Assembly: GCA_965242615.1 (NCBI GenBank)
Contig: CBDESR010000005.1
Span: 1,300,768 to 1,364,767, forward strand
From: Dehalococcoidia bacterium
GTDB taxonomy: Bacteria; Chloroflexota; Dehalococcoidia; Lucifugimonadales; UBA3495
DNA: 64,000 bases
Direction: 5' to 3'
A program made the position numbers and the translations under genes. Shown here in pieces: positions 35,308 through 44,860 of the stretch (position 1 is the first letter of the stretch; each line of letters starts with the position of its first letter). The notes under the pieces were generated by a model. The model worked only from the letters and a program-made list of their open reading frames with translations. It did no database searches and had not been told where the DNA came from.

Positions 35308-37578
35308 TTACCCGTGAAACAGGTTCAGGGCCGAGCCCTTCCGGAACCATTCCAGTTGGGACTCGCCGTAGGAGTGGTTCAGTTGCAGGGTTTCGTTGCT
35401 GCCGTCGCTGTGCTGCACCCGGCACTCGACCGGCTGGCCGGGGGCGAGGTTTTGCAGGCCGACGAGGCTGATGCGGTCGTCCTCCCGGATGCGGTCGTAG
35501 TCGTCCGGGTTGGGGAAAGTCAGCGCCAGCAAGCCCTGCTTTTTGAGGTTGCTTTCGTGGATGCGGGCGAAGCTGCGGACAATGACGGCCGCGCCGCCGA
35601 GGAGTCGGGGCGACAAGGCGGCGTGTTCCCGGCTGCTGCCTTCGCCGTAGTTGAAATCGCCGACGACGACCCACTTGACGCCCTGGCTCTGGTAGTCCCG
35701 GGCGATGCGGGAAAAGCCGACGCCCTCTGCGCCGCTGACCACATTTTTGCCCTTGCCGGCCGCCCCGTCATAGGCGTTAATCGCGCCCATAAACATATTG
35801 TCGCTGAACTTGTCGAGATGGCCGCGGTAGCGCAGCCAGACGCCGGCCGGGGAGATGGAGTCGGTGGTGGTTTTGCCCTGACACTTGACCAACACCGGCA
35901 TATCGAGGAAATCCTGCCCGTCCCAAGCCGGCCAGGGTTCGAGCAATTGGATGCGCTCACTGTCCGGGGCTACGGTCAGCTCGATGTTGCTGCCATCCGC
36001 CGGCGGATCCTCGTAGGAAGTGCTGCCCCGGTCGAAGTTCTGCGGCGGCACATCCGGGGCCGGCGCGGGCGGCGTCAAGCTGAAGGGCTGGCCGTCGGCG
36101 CCGGTCAGGGTGTCGGTCAAGGGGTTGAAAGACAAGCGGCCGGCCAAGGCCAGGGCGGTAACGATTTCCGGGCTGCCGATCAGGTTCATCGTGGCGGCTT
36201 CGCCGTCGTTGCGGGCCGGGAAGTTGCGATTGTAAGAGGTTACGATGGTGTTGGGCCGCCCTACCGGGTCGCCAATCCGCCGCCACTGGCCGATGCAGGG
36301 GCCGCAGGCGTTAGCCAATACCGTGGCGTTAATGTCTTGCAGGGACTGCATTTGCCCATCCCGCTCGATGGTAGCGCGCACCTGTTCGGAGCCGGGCGTT
36401 ACCATAAAAGGCACCGCCGCCTTGAGGCCGTGGGACTTGGCTTGCTCGGCGACATCGGCGGAGCGGCTCATATCCTCATAAGAGGAGTTGGTGCAGCTGC
36501 CAATGAGGGCTGAGGAGATTTCATCGACCAAGCCGGCGTCCTGCTGCAATTCGGCCGCCATTTGGGAGATGGGGCGGGCCCGGTCGGGAGAGTGGGGGCC
36601 GACCAGATGCGGCTCCAGTTCGGACAGGTTGATTTCCACCACCTGGTCATAATGCTGCGCCGGGTTTTCGTAACATTCCGGGTCGGCAGCCAGCAGATGG
36701 CGATACTGTTCCGCCAGTTCGGCCAGTTCCGCCCGGCCGGTGGCCGCCAGGTAGCGGGCCATCGTTTCGTCATAGGGAAAAGTGGAGGAGGTAGCCCCCA
36801 GTTCGGCGCCCATATTGCAGATGGTGCCTTTGCCGGTGGCGCTGATGCTGGCGGCGCCGGGGCCGAAGTATTCGATGATGGCGTTGGTAGCGCCGGAGAC
36901 GGTGAGCAAGCCAGCCAGACGCAGGATAATGTCTTTGGGGGCGGTCCAGCCGTTCAGTTCCCCGGTCAGGCGCACGCCGATAAAGCGGGGGTAAAGGACT
37001 TCCCAGGGCAAGCCGGCCATCACTTCCACGGCGTCAGCGCCGCCGACGCCGACGGAGATGGAGCCGAGGCCGCCGCCGTTGGGGGTGTGGGAATCGGTGC
37101 CAAGCATCAGTTGAGCGGGAAAGGCGTAGTTTTCCAGGGCGACCTGGTGGATGATGCCGGCGCCCGGCCCCCAGAAGCCGACGCCGTATTTGGCGGCCGC
37201 CGTCCGCAGGAAGTTATAGACTTCGCTGTTTTCGCCGAGGGATTCCTGCAAATCCTGCGCGCCCTCGACCCGGGCTTGAATCAGATGGTCGCAGTGGACG
37301 GAAGTAGGCACGGCGGTGGCGGCGCGGCGGGTCTGCATAAACTGGAGCATCGCGGTTTGCCCCAGGACATCTTGCAGGATGACCCGGTCGGGGCGCAGCT
37401 GGATATAGGTTTCGCCGCGGGTCAGGTCGGTATTGGCCGGGTCGTCGAGATGGGACAGAAGGATTTTGTCGGCCAGGGTGAGCGGGGTTTGGCGGGTTTG
37501 GCGGACCGTCTGCAAGTTCTGGTCCAGTCGCTGGTAAATCCCGGAAACGGATTCCCGGGTGGGCGCTATAGTTGGCAT
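35308..37578 (-). CDS. acn: Aconitate hydratase (about 750-aa, mitochondrial-type length)
   Basis: GTDSHTPNGG, GSCTNSSYEDM and NACGPCIGQW Fe-S ligand motifs; full-length domain order. Confidence 0.95.
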   Translation of the reverse strand: MPTIAPTRESVSGIYQRLDQNLQTVRQTRQTPLTLADKILLSHLDDPANTDLTRGETYIQLRPDRVILQDVLGQTAMLQFMQTRRAATAVPTSVHCDHLIQARVEGAQDLQESLGENSEVYNFLRTAAAKYGVGFWGPGAGIIHQVALENYAFPAQLMLGTDSHTPNGGGLGSISVGVGGADAVEVMAGLPWEVLYPRFIGVRLTGELNGWTAPKDIILRLAGLLTVSGATNAIIEYFGPGAASISATGKGTICNMGAELGATSSTFPYDETMARYLAATGRAELAELAEQYRHLLAADPECYENPAQHYDQVVEINLSELEPHLVGPHSPDRARPISQMAAELQQDAGLVDEISSALIGSCTNSSYEDMSRSADVAEQAKSHGLKAAVPFMVTPGSEQVRATIERDGQMQSLQDINATVLANACGPCIGQWRRIGDPVGRPNTIVTSYNRNFPARNDGEAATMNLIGSPEIVTALALAGRLSFNPLTDTLTGADGQPFSLTPPAPAPDVPPQNFDRGSTSYEDPPADGSNIELTVAPDSERIQLLEPWPAWDGQDFLDMPVLVKCQGKTTTDSISPAGVWLRYRGHLDKFSDNMFMGAINAYDGAAGKGKNVVSGAEGVGFSRIARDYQSQGVKWVVVGDFNYGEGSSREHAALSPRLLGGAAVIVRSFARIHESNLKKQGLLALTFPNPDDYDRIREDDRISLVGLQNLAPGQPVECRVQHSDGSNETLQLNHSYGESQLEWFRKGSALNLFHG

Positions 37579-37671
37579 AACCGGTTCTCCCCTACGCTGT
37601 TTTGCGGTGTGTTTGCGCGGCCCGCCGCCCCCGGTGGAACAGGGAAGCGGGCGGGACGGGTTAATAGCGGT

Positions 37672-37700
37672 AGTGTAAAAGGATCTGGGGGTGGTGTCAA
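37672..37700 (-). promoter_or_regulatory. Putative sigma70-type promoter of aconitase
   Basis: Minus strand: TTGACA (37700..37695), 17-nt spacer, TACACT (37677..37672); about 90 nt upstream of the ATG. Confidence 0.4.
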
Positions 37701-37820
37701 TGCGCTTTTGGCAAAACGGCAGCGTTCCCCTTTAAGTGGTTTGATTGGCAAATTCGGGTTTTACAGTAAGAGTACGAGCCAAATCGCCGGCTAAACCACC
37801 TAAAATACAACGCTATCTAG

Positions 37821-38335
37821 GGCCTGTTGATAAACCCGTTTCTCCTGATTAGATTACCAGCAATTTAATCAGGATGGAATGGCTTGGCGCGTAAGATGTT
37901 ATCCGACCGGCAATGGGAACGGCTGGAGCCGGCTTTGCCGGGCGACCCCAGAAAAGGCGGCCGGCCGCCACTGCAAGCTAATCGGAACACGGTTGAGGGC
38001 ATTCTGTGGATTGCCCGCACCGGAGCTCCCTGGCGGGACTTGCCCCCGGAGTTTGGGAATGGAACCTGGTGTATCAACGGTTCCGTCGCTGGACTAAAGC
38101 CGGCGTCTTTGAGCAGTTGTTCAACAGCTTGGCCGGCGAGCTTCAGCTGGATACGGTAATGGTGGACGGGACTTTTGTAAAAGGGCATCAGCACGGGGCT
38201 GGGGCCCCAAAAGGGGACGCTCCCGCGACCAATCCCGGGTCGCCCAAGCCATCGGGCGGAGTCGCGGCGGGCTGAATACCCGGATTGTGGCCTTGGTTGA
38301 TGCCATGGGCCGCTTGGTCAAGTTTGTTCTGCTCA
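37821..38335 (+). pseudogene. IS5-family (IS427/IS1031-like) element remnant: frameshifted and 3'-truncated transposase
   Basis: Left end GGCCTGTTGATAAACC sits after CTAG (37817-37820). LSDRQWERLEPALPG...GRPP..NR..VEGILWIARTGAPWRDLPPEFG, then a frame change to WNLVYQRFRRWTKAGVFE. A second frame change comes before IGRSRGGLNTRIVALVDAMGRLVKFVLLS. The homology stops near 38335-38360. Confidence 0.7.
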
Positions 38336-39369
38336 GCCGCAATTTTCATTACCGGCAACGATTTGATTTCCGGCAACGGCATTAGCGAATACCGGCTTTC
38401 GATAGGGTAGTTGCCATAAACCCCGGTATGTTTCTGATAGTTCTGATGACGCTGGCTCGGCCAAGGCGGGTCAACGACAATCGTAGCGTAACCACCCGGC
38501 GGCGGGGCGGGAAAGTTAATCATCCCTTGCCCCCCTTTATCGCCTATCGCCGCTACATCCCCCCAATCCTCAAAGGGCAATTCCGCCCCGGCCGCCTCCG
38601 CCGGCCGCTTGCCGTCTAAACTCTCGTGGGGCCGAAAGTAGTTGTAATGGAGTACCAAGCCATCTACGTAGGCTTGCCCGGTATCCCTACCCTCCAGTCC
38701 CCGCAGGGTTTTATCCCTATCCCGGAATGTTCCTTGTAACCGCTCCGACATATTGTTGTTGATTTGCGCTTTGATTCCCTGGCTAACCGTATGCTTGACC
38801 GGGCGGGTCGGGAAAGCCCGCGGCAATGCTTGCCGGTAAGACCGCAGCCCATCCGTCTTTACAACCGCCGGCGCATTGTTTGACTTGTCCCTTGCCATTG
38901 CCAGGGCAGTTTGCGCTGCCCTTGCCGTCCGTTCCGGCGTCAGATAGGCCGCCAGCACAAACCGGGTGTCGCTGTCCATAACATTGAATAGCCACATCTT
39001 TTCCCCTCCCACATTGACCATCATCTCATCCGCCACCCACTCCCGCCCGGTGTCAACCTTCATCGGCCGCAGGATTTCATCCGCCGTCCCGGACAATTCC
39101 CTGACCCAGCGATAAATACTGGTCGCGCCGGTTTCCTTGCCGAAATACTGCTCCATATTCCGGGCAATGCGCCGGTAAGACAGTCCGTCAAAATACATAT
39201 CCACTGCTGCGCCCTTTTCGTGCGGCGTCGCGTGTCGCTTGCCCGCCGGCTTAACCGGCTTGCCATTGGCGTCGAGCATTACCAGCCGCGCCCCGCCGCC
39301 AACGCGGCAAGTATCGCAGCGTTCCCCCGTCCGCCGCTTGCAATTGGGCGATTTGCATTTATGCCCCAT
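38188..39369 (-). CDS. IS6-family DDE transposase with N-terminal zinc finger; ORF reads through into the MT-A70 fragment and the antisense IS5 remnant
   Basis: MGHKCKSPNCKRRTGERCDTCR; ADEMMVNVGGEKMWLFNVMDSDTRFVL (D), VKTDGLRSYRQAL (D), NNNMSERLQGTFRDRDK (E). The transposase homology ends at about 38530. Confidence 0.65.
   Translation of the reverse strand: MGHKCKSPNCKRRTGERCDTCRVGGGARLVMLDANGKPVKPAGKRHATPHEKGAAVDMYFDGLSYRRIARNMEQYFGKETGATSIYRWVRELSGTADEILRPMKVDTGREWVADEMMVNVGGEKMWLFNVMDSDTRFVLAAYLTPERTARAAQTALAMARDKSNNAPAVVKTDGLRSYRQALPRAFPTRPVKHTVSQGIKAQINNNMSERLQGTFRDRDKTLRGLEGRDTGQAYVDGLVLHYNYFRPHESLDGKRPAEAAGAELPFEDWGDVAAIGDKGGQGMINFPAPPPGGYATIVVDPPWPSQRHQNYQKHTGVYGNYPIESRYSLMPLPEIKSLPVMKIAAEQNKLDQAAHGINQGHNPGIQPAATPPDGLGDPGLVAGASPFGAPAPC
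38340..38523 (-). pseudogene. N-terminal fragment of an MT-A70-family N6-adenine methyltransferase
   Basis: MINFPAPPPGGYATIVVDPPWPSQ...YSLMPLPEIKSLPV (DPPW motif and the Y.tM....i..LPV pattern); only about 60 aa remain. Confidence 0.55.
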
Positions 39370-39387
39370 CCCACTATGATATACTAT

Positions 39388-39413
39388 CCCCCCCAGCAAA
39401 ATGGAACAGAACC
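39388..39413. repeat. Right terminal inverted repeat of the IS6-family element
   Basis: CCCCCCAGCAAAATGGAACAGAACC matches 48668..48693 at all but one position. IS6-family ends (IS26/IS257), as I recall them, begin GG(C/T)(A/T)CTGTT. Confidence 0.7.
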
Positions 39414-39852
39414 CTTTTCACTGCCGGGACTGCCGCAAGTTCTTTTCAGTGAAAACCGGCACGGTGATGCAGTCCTCCAAGTGGTAAAGTCCACCGATGC
39501 GCCGACCTTGCAGCGGTTTGTGGAAAGCCGCGCCCGGGATATGGCGACGGTTTACACCGACGCGGCCCGGTCTTATGCGGGGCTGTCCCGTCCGCACGAG
39601 GTAGTCAAGCCCTCGGCGGGGGAGTATGTGCGGGCCATGGCGCATACCAATGGGGTGGAGTCCTTCTGGTCAATGCTGAAGCGGGGCTATATCGGGATAT
39701 ACCACCATTTCAGCTCCAAGCACTTGCACCGGTATGTCTGCGAGTTTGAGGGGCGGCACAATCAGCGGCCGTTGGACACCCTGGAGCAGATGGTCATGAT
39801 GGCCCGGGGAATGGTCGGCAAGCGGCTGCGCTACGCCGACCGGATTGCCTGA
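39414..39852 (+). pseudogene. IS1595-family transposase remnant (5'-truncated by the IS6 element and internally deleted)
   Basis: ..FHCRDCRKFFSVKTGTVMQSSKW* (second half of the Zn ribbon), then in another frame VKSTDAPTLQRFV...VYTDAARSYAGL...HTNGVESFWSMLKRGYIGIYHHFSSKHLHRYVCEFEGRHNQR. About 100 aa between the two parts are missing. Confidence 0.65.
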
Positions 39853-40045
39853 ACGGATGTCGGCTGGAACGCCGGCAACCGGCCGGGCAGTTCGGCGCGA
39901 GATAGCGTAAAGGGGCAGGATAAGCGGGAAGTTTGGGAGCGAAAGAAGGGGAATTGGCAGGGGTGTCCCCAACCTATTCCGTTTAGGTTGGTATATAATT
40001 CCCAAACGGACCATCAAAGCAACCAGGAGGACATCAGCCTCCCTA

Positions 40046-41701
40046 TTACTCCAAGTAAAGCTCGATGGGGTCGCCCGGGGTCAAATCCAGATTTTGCAAG
40101 CCGGGGTAATCCGGGGGGTAGCGAAAGACGCGAAAGACGCGGTTGTCCTCCGGCGGCATTATATAGCCCTGATTTACCGGGCCGGATTCGATTAAGGGAC
40201 TTACATACCGCCAAACGGTTTTTCCGGCAGGGGTGACTTCTTTGAAGTCACCACGGGGGCCGTCGTTAATCAGGGTATTGCCGTTGGGCAGCCGTTGGGC
40301 GTTGGAGAGAAAGCTGGCGTAAAAGTCGGTGGGATTGGCAGCGGTATAAGTCCAGACCGGTTCCGCCGGACCGTAGGGCGCGCCCGGCTCCCGTCGGTAA
40401 TTATAGCCGTCCGCCGGCAATGTCAGTTCAACCACCGATGAATAGCCGCGCTCCAATCCCGGCCGTTCCCGACCGTTGTTGAAAATCAGGACATTGCCGG
40501 CTCCCGGCAATCCCGGGGCAATCCAATGGGCATCGTGATGCCAGAAAAGTCGCTGGTCAGCGTAATCACCGGCCCGCCAAGCCCGGGGATTGCCCCAGCG
40601 ATAGAGCAGGTCGCCGCCGCCGCGGCCCTTGCCGCCGCTATGTCCGGCGGCCTCTGCCGTAGTCGTGCTGTGGTCAATTATCCACACTTCGCTGAAATTA
40701 CGGGCGGAAATCATAATTTGTTGCAGCTCCGGGTGGTAGTCCAGCGCATTGGCGTGAATCCAGCCATGCCGGTCATTCCCGGTAGTATCCAGCGCAAAGT
40801 TCAGGTCAATCCGCTCAGGATGTTCCGCCACCGCCCCGTAGTTGGGTTTAGCCGGGTCAAAGTCTTGAATCAGATGATCCCAGATATGCCACTGCCAAAC
40901 TATGCTCCCGGAGGTCGGCCCGGTGGGCTGCACTTCGACCAAGTAGTCCACCAGTACCCCCCGATTGCTCAGGGTGGCGGGATTTGCCCCGGCGGCGATT
41001 GCTTCCTGCCGGGTTTTGCGTTCCCGGGCCAGCAGCAGGATGTTGCCGTTGGGCAGTTTGAGGAAGTCGTGATGCACCGGGTAATGGTATTCCCAAACCA
41101 CGGTCCCGTCGGGAGCCACTTCCTTTACGCCGCGCCGAATCGACTCCCCGTACTTGCCGATTCGGTTTCCGATAAGCAGGTTGCCGTTCCGCAGCAGAAC
41201 GGCGTCAGTACCGCTCTGCGGCCAAGCGTATGCCACTCGTCCCTGATTGTCAATCAAGTAAAAGTTGCGCTCCGGGAAAGGAAAGGCGGTAACCGGCCCC
41301 TTGAAAAGAGTATAGCCGGGATATGACTCCGGTTCATTCAGCAACAGTCCTACCGTGGGGCGGCCCCAACTGGCCACAGTTGGCGCCGGTAGCGGGATGG
41401 GAGTTGGCCGCCGGGTTGGCGGCGGCAACCGGGTTGGGGACGGGATGCTCTGGCTCGGCAGTGATACGGGCGCCGTTCCCGATCCGGTGCCCGGCGCAAC
41501 CGGGTCGGCGGGAGCAGGAACGGCGCCGCCGCAAGCCAACACCCCGGCGAACAGGCAACTTAAAGCGCCATAAAGAAAAAATGCCTTCCAGTCGGACAGT
41601 CGCAGCAAACCTTGATGCAGGGCCATCGGAATCCCAGCCGAGGATTTTGAGGGGCAGTCATAGGAATTATAGATCCGGCGGTAAAAGGCTGACATTTTCA
41701 T
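40046..41701 (-). CDS. Arylsulfotransferase (ASST)-family beta-propeller protein, secreted/lipoprotein
   Basis: ORF 40046..41719; ATG 41701 follows a GGAGGGG RBS. Signal/lipobox-like FAGVLACGG, PT-rich linker, HHDFLKLPNGNILLL, HANALDY, NNGRERP. Confidence 0.65.
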   Translation of the reverse strand: MKMSAFYRRIYNSYDCPSKSSAGIPMALHQGLLRLSDWKAFFLYGALSCLFAGVLACGGAVPAPADPVAPGTGSGTAPVSLPSQSIPSPTRLPPPTRRPTPIPLPAPTVASWGRPTVGLLLNEPESYPGYTLFKGPVTAFPFPERNFYLIDNQGRVAYAWPQSGTDAVLLRNGNLLIGNRIGKYGESIRRGVKEVAPDGTVVWEYHYPVHHDFLKLPNGNILLLARERKTRQEAIAAGANPATLSNRGVLVDYLVEVQPTGPTSGSIVWQWHIWDHLIQDFDPAKPNYGAVAEHPERIDLNFALDTTGNDRHGWIHANALDYHPELQQIMISARNFSEVWIIDHSTTTAEAAGHSGGKGRGGGDLLYRWGNPRAWRAGDYADQRLFWHHDAHWIAPGLPGAGNVLIFNNGRERPGLERGYSSVVELTLPADGYNYRREPGAPYGPAEPVWTYTAANPTDFYASFLSNAQRLPNGNTLINDGPRGDFKEVTPAGKTVWRYVSPLIESGPVNQGYIMPPEDNRVFRVFRYPPDYPGLQNLDLTPGDPIELYLE

Positions 41702-41828
41702 TTCGGGATTCCCCTCCAAGATCGATAATACTATGGATTAAGGCCGGGACGGTAGTAAAACCCGCCCCGGCTTTAATCGGGCAATTCCGTTAAAACTTGC
41801 CTCGAACAGCCCTAGCCGGCCGGGCGGG

Positions 41829-43382
41829 TTAGCGGACGTTCCAGAGTTGGGCGCGCTGCATAAATACGGTGGAATCAGCCAGCCAGTGGGCGTAGCCGAG
41901 GCGGCGGTTGTCGGTCAGCCAGTTAATCCGCTGGTTAAGACAGGTCAGCAGGGCGGTGTTGTCGGCGGCGACGGTGAAACCGCCGTTTTCGGTCTGCGGG
42001 TCGAGGGCGGTTACGGCAAAGTTCCAGTCGGGGTTTTGCGCTGCGTCCTGATTGCCGATTTCGCCGCGGGCCAAGGCGTCGACAGCGCCGTCAGCCAGGG
42101 CGGCGAGCAGTTCGGCTTCGCCCAGATGGTCGCCCAAGTAAATAATGGTCGGCAGGTCGGCAGAGGGCGGCGGGTAAAGGGCGGTGCGGCCTTGCATATT
42201 TGCGGTGACCCGGGCGGAGGTGATGGTGTAGTTGGGGCTGCCATCGGCGGTTACGGCGCCGTTGGGGGTGTCCACCCGGACGCCGCTAATCAGTGCGCCC
42301 TGGGCATCGACCAAGCCCAGCAGCTGCAACAAGCGGTGTTCTCCGGTAGTGGCGGCCAATACGCCGACTTTCATCTCCCCGGTCAGGTCGGAGTGGGCGC
42401 GGATGCGGTCGGCATCCTCCGTCCGCACCAGCAGGGACTGGCGGAAGTGGACATGGCCGTCGGTAAAGGCAATCTGCAAGTTGCCGTCAGCGTCCCGGGT
42501 GCGGGCATCCAGAATAGTGATGCCGCCGCTAATCAGGTCAAATTCCGGGGCGGCGGACTTTAGCCAGATGCCATCCCACGCATCTATGCCGGTGCGGGAA
42601 AGGGTAATGCGGGGGCCGTTCATCGCCGCGAGGGCGTCGAGCAAGTCGGCTTCGTAGCCCTGCTGGGTGTTGAAAGCGGCGGCGTTGGGGTCGCTGTCGG
42701 CGCTGTTGCTGAGGGGGTCAAAAAAGGCGTAGAAACCGACATTAAGCGTCAGATCTTGGGCGCCGCAAGCCGGGATGCTGGCGTTGACCCGGGCAGTGAG
42801 GGCGGCCAGTTGGCGCTCGAGTTGGGCGATAATGGCTTCGTCGGTCAGGATGCGGCTGAGCAGGGCGTCGATTTGTTCCTGCTCGGCTTCGATAAGGGCG
42901 AGTTCGGCGGCGACTTCCCGCTGCAACTCGGCGATGGCGTCCTCGTCCACCTGTAGGCGTTCGAGGATCGCGTTGATTTGTTCGTGGTCGGCGTGGATGG
43001 CGGCTTGCTCGGCGTCGACATCCTTGCGGAGTTCGGCGATGGCGTCCTCGTCCACCTGGAGGCGGTCGAGCAGGGCGTCGATTTGTTTCTGTTCGGCTTC
43101 GATAAGGGCAAGTTCGGCATCGACGTCCTTACGGAGTTCGGCAATTTCATCCTCGTCCAGCTGGATGCGGTCGATGAGCTGGTTGATTTGCTCGTGGTCG
43201 GCGTGGATGGTTTGCTGGTCGGCGGCGATTTCCTGCCGCAGTTCGGCAATGGCGGCGGCGTTGGCGGTGGTACGCTGTTCGAGGCCGCTGAGGTCGGGGG
43301 CCGCGCAGGCGGCCAGGGTCAAGGTAAGGAGAACGGCGGCCAGCAGGGCCGGCAAAAAGCGGGGAATGGAAGGCTTTCGCAT
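41829..43382 (-). CDS. Lipoprotein: coiled-coil repeats fused to a family-3 solute-binding-protein-like domain
   Basis: Signal peptide with LTLAAC lipobox, four 35-aa repeats, C-terminal SBP_bac_3-like region (GITILDARTR, KVGVLAATTGE). Confidence 0.65.
   Translation of the reverse strand: MRKPSIPRFLPALLAAVLLTLTLAACAAPDLSGLEQRTTANAAAIAELRQEIAADQQTIHADHEQINQLIDRIQLDEDEIAELRKDVDAELALIEAEQKQIDALLDRLQVDEDAIAELRKDVDAEQAAIHADHEQINAILERLQVDEDAIAELQREVAAELALIEAEQEQIDALLSRILTDEAIIAQLERQLAALTARVNASIPACGAQDLTLNVGFYAFFDPLSNSADSDPNAAAFNTQQGYEADLLDALAAMNGPRITLSRTGIDAWDGIWLKSAAPEFDLISGGITILDARTRDADGNLQIAFTDGHVHFRQSLLVRTEDADRIRAHSDLTGEMKVGVLAATTGEHRLLQLLGLVDAQGALISGVRVDTPNGAVTADGSPNYTITSARVTANMQGRTALYPPPSADLPTIIYLGDHLGEAELLAALADGAVDALARGEIGNQDAAQNPDWNFAVTALDPQTENGGFTVAADNTALLTCLNQRINWLTDNRRLGYAHWLADSTVFMQRAQLWNVR
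42790..43215 (-). repeat. 105-bp in-frame tandem repeats (x4) inside the lipoprotein gene
   Basis: For example, GCGTCCTCGTCCACCTG recurs at 42937 and 43042 (period 105); protein units ..EQ.QIDALL.RLQVDEDAIAELRKDVDAE. Confidence 0.7.
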
Positions 43383-43636
43383 AGGGGACGCTCCTGATCG
43401 GCAGGTTTTACGGCGGGCGGCGGGGCAACTTGACGCCCCGGCTGATTTATACCATAATCCAGCATTGCTAACCGGTCAAGGGACTGGGGAAAATGGGTTT
43501 AGCGCCTTTTAATTGTCCATACCGATCCCTACGTTGTCCCTACATTGCCCATTGACAACGGGCGGGACGGTTATAGACTACCCGGGCAGTTGAACAAAGG
43601 CAACGGAAGGTAGTGCCAGCCATTTTGGGGGAGCGG

Positions 43637-44449
43637 ATGGCCGCCCGATTAGACCAGTTTTATACCAATCCCGAACTGGCCCGCCAGTATGCCGGTCAAG
43701 TGCTGGACGCCTACGGCTCGACTACCGACTGTTTTGTGGAGCCGGCGGCCGGGGCCGGGGCTTTTGTGCAACCGCTGCGGGCGGCCGGCAAGCCGATTAT
43801 CGCCGTGGATATTGCGCCGCGGGCGGCGGATATTCGGCAAGCCGACTTTCTGCGGGATGAGCTGTGGCCGGATTGGGGCAAAATCGCGGTGGTGGGCAAC
43901 CCGCCCTTCGGCAAGAATTCGTCCCTGGCGGTCAAGTTTTTTAACCGGGCGGCGGAACGGGCTGACACCATCGCTTTTATTGTGCCGCGCACTTTCCGCA
44001 AACATTCGGTTCAGCGCCGCTTGAATCCCTGGTTTGCGCTGGTGGTGGATGAGGATGTGCCGGATAACGCCTTTGTCAAAGATGGCAGTCCCTATGCTGT
44101 GCCGTGCGCCTGGCAGATTTGGGAACGCCGCGCCGTCTGCCGGCGGGATAAGGATACGCCGGATGTGTCGCACCTGATTCGCTATGTGGTGGACCCGGGA
44201 GCGGGCGAGTTCGCGATGCGCCGGGTGGGGTTTTATGCCGGGCAGGTGAAAGAACCGCCGGAGTGGCGGCTGGCTGACCTGTCGCCGAGTACCCACTATT
44301 TCCTGCAAAGTGTCCGGGCCGACGCCCGGCAGTTGCTCCGTAGCATTGATTGGCGCGATGTTTGCCAGGCTACCGCCGGCTCCCGCTCCTTGTCCAAGCA
44401 CGAAGTGGCGGTAAAGATGGCGGCGGCGGCGCGCAATGCCCCGGATTAA
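43637..44449 (+). CDS. Small NPPF-motif SAM-dependent methyltransferase (orphan N6-adenine DNA MTase-like)
   Basis: ORF 43613..44449; ATG 43637 after GGGGAG. DQFYTNPELA, FVEPAAGAGAF (motif I), VVGNPPFG (motif IV). Confidence 0.6.
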   Translation: MAARLDQFYTNPELARQYAGQVLDAYGSTTDCFVEPAAGAGAFVQPLRAAGKPIIAVDIAPRAADIRQADFLRDELWPDWGKIAVVGNPPFGKNSSLAVKFFNRAAERADTIAFIVPRTFRKHSVQRRLNPWFALVVDEDVPDNAFVKDGSPYAVPCAWQIWERRAVCRRDKDTPDVSHLIRYVVDPGAGEFAMRRVGFYAGQVKEPPEWRLADLSPSTHYFLQSVRADARQLLRSIDWRDVCQATAGSRSLSKHEVAVKMAAAARNAPD

Positions 44450-44492
44450 CTTTCGGATGGGACACCGGTACGAAATTGACTTGCAGGGCAAG

Positions 44493-44643
44493 CTAGGGCG
44501 TGTTCACACTAATTATTTTCAGATAGGAATTGACCGCCCAAATTCCCGCCGGGCGCGCTCTTGCCACCGACGGAATCCGTTATTTCGTAGGGGCAACCCT
44601 TGTGGTTGCCCTGCTCTCGGCAATTAGCGTGAACACGCCCTAG
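44493..44643. repeat. 151-bp IR-bounded MITE-like element
   Basis: CTAGGGCGTGTTCACACTAATT (44493-44514) versus AATTAGCGTGAACACGCCCTAG (44622-44643), 21/22 complementary. Internal 8-bp hairpin GGGCAACC-CTTGT-GGTTGCCC (44591-44611). Confidence 0.55.
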
Positions 44644-44764
44644 TTCACAGGTGTACGAAAAAATCGTACAGTTGAAAGGGCTGTCTGTACCCTGACAGCA
44701 AGCGGAAACCGTCAGAATGCCCCTTGCCGACCCCTTGCCCGGTGTGTTATACTACCGGCAGTGT

Positions 44765-44841
44765 CGGGGCGTGGCGCAGCCCGGGAGCGCACTTGCATGG
44801 GGTGCAAGGGGTCGCCGGTTCGAATCCGGCCGCCCCGACCA
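44765..44841 (+). tRNA. tRNA-Pro (anticodon GGG), CCA encoded
   Basis: Manual cloverleaf: acceptor CGGGGCG/CGCCCCG, D-stem GCGC/GCGC, anticodon stem CTTGC/GCAAG with loop ATGGGGT (U33, GGG, G37), T-arm GCCGG-TTCGAAT-CCGGC, discriminator A, CCA. Confidence 0.9.
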
Positions 44842-44860
44842 GTTACCGCAGAGACCACCA

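Noticed and set aside
38188-39399. The 403-aa ORF as a genuine transposase-methyltransferase fusion protein.
   Set aside because: The DPPW segment begins with its own Met and RBS-like AAAGGGGGG. It covers only about 60 aa of an MT-A70 N-terminus, and the ORF tail is antisense to the IS5 remnant. Accidental read-through across junctions is more likely.
39388-39480. The IR-like sequence plus ATGGAACAG... first read as the intact 5' end and start codon of the IS1595 transposase.
   Set aside because: The orientation is wrong. In the 310-bp element the ...CAGAACC end is outermost, so 39388-39413 is the right end of the IS6-family element to its left. The apparent MEQN start is created by the IR, and the IS1595 gene is 5'-truncated.
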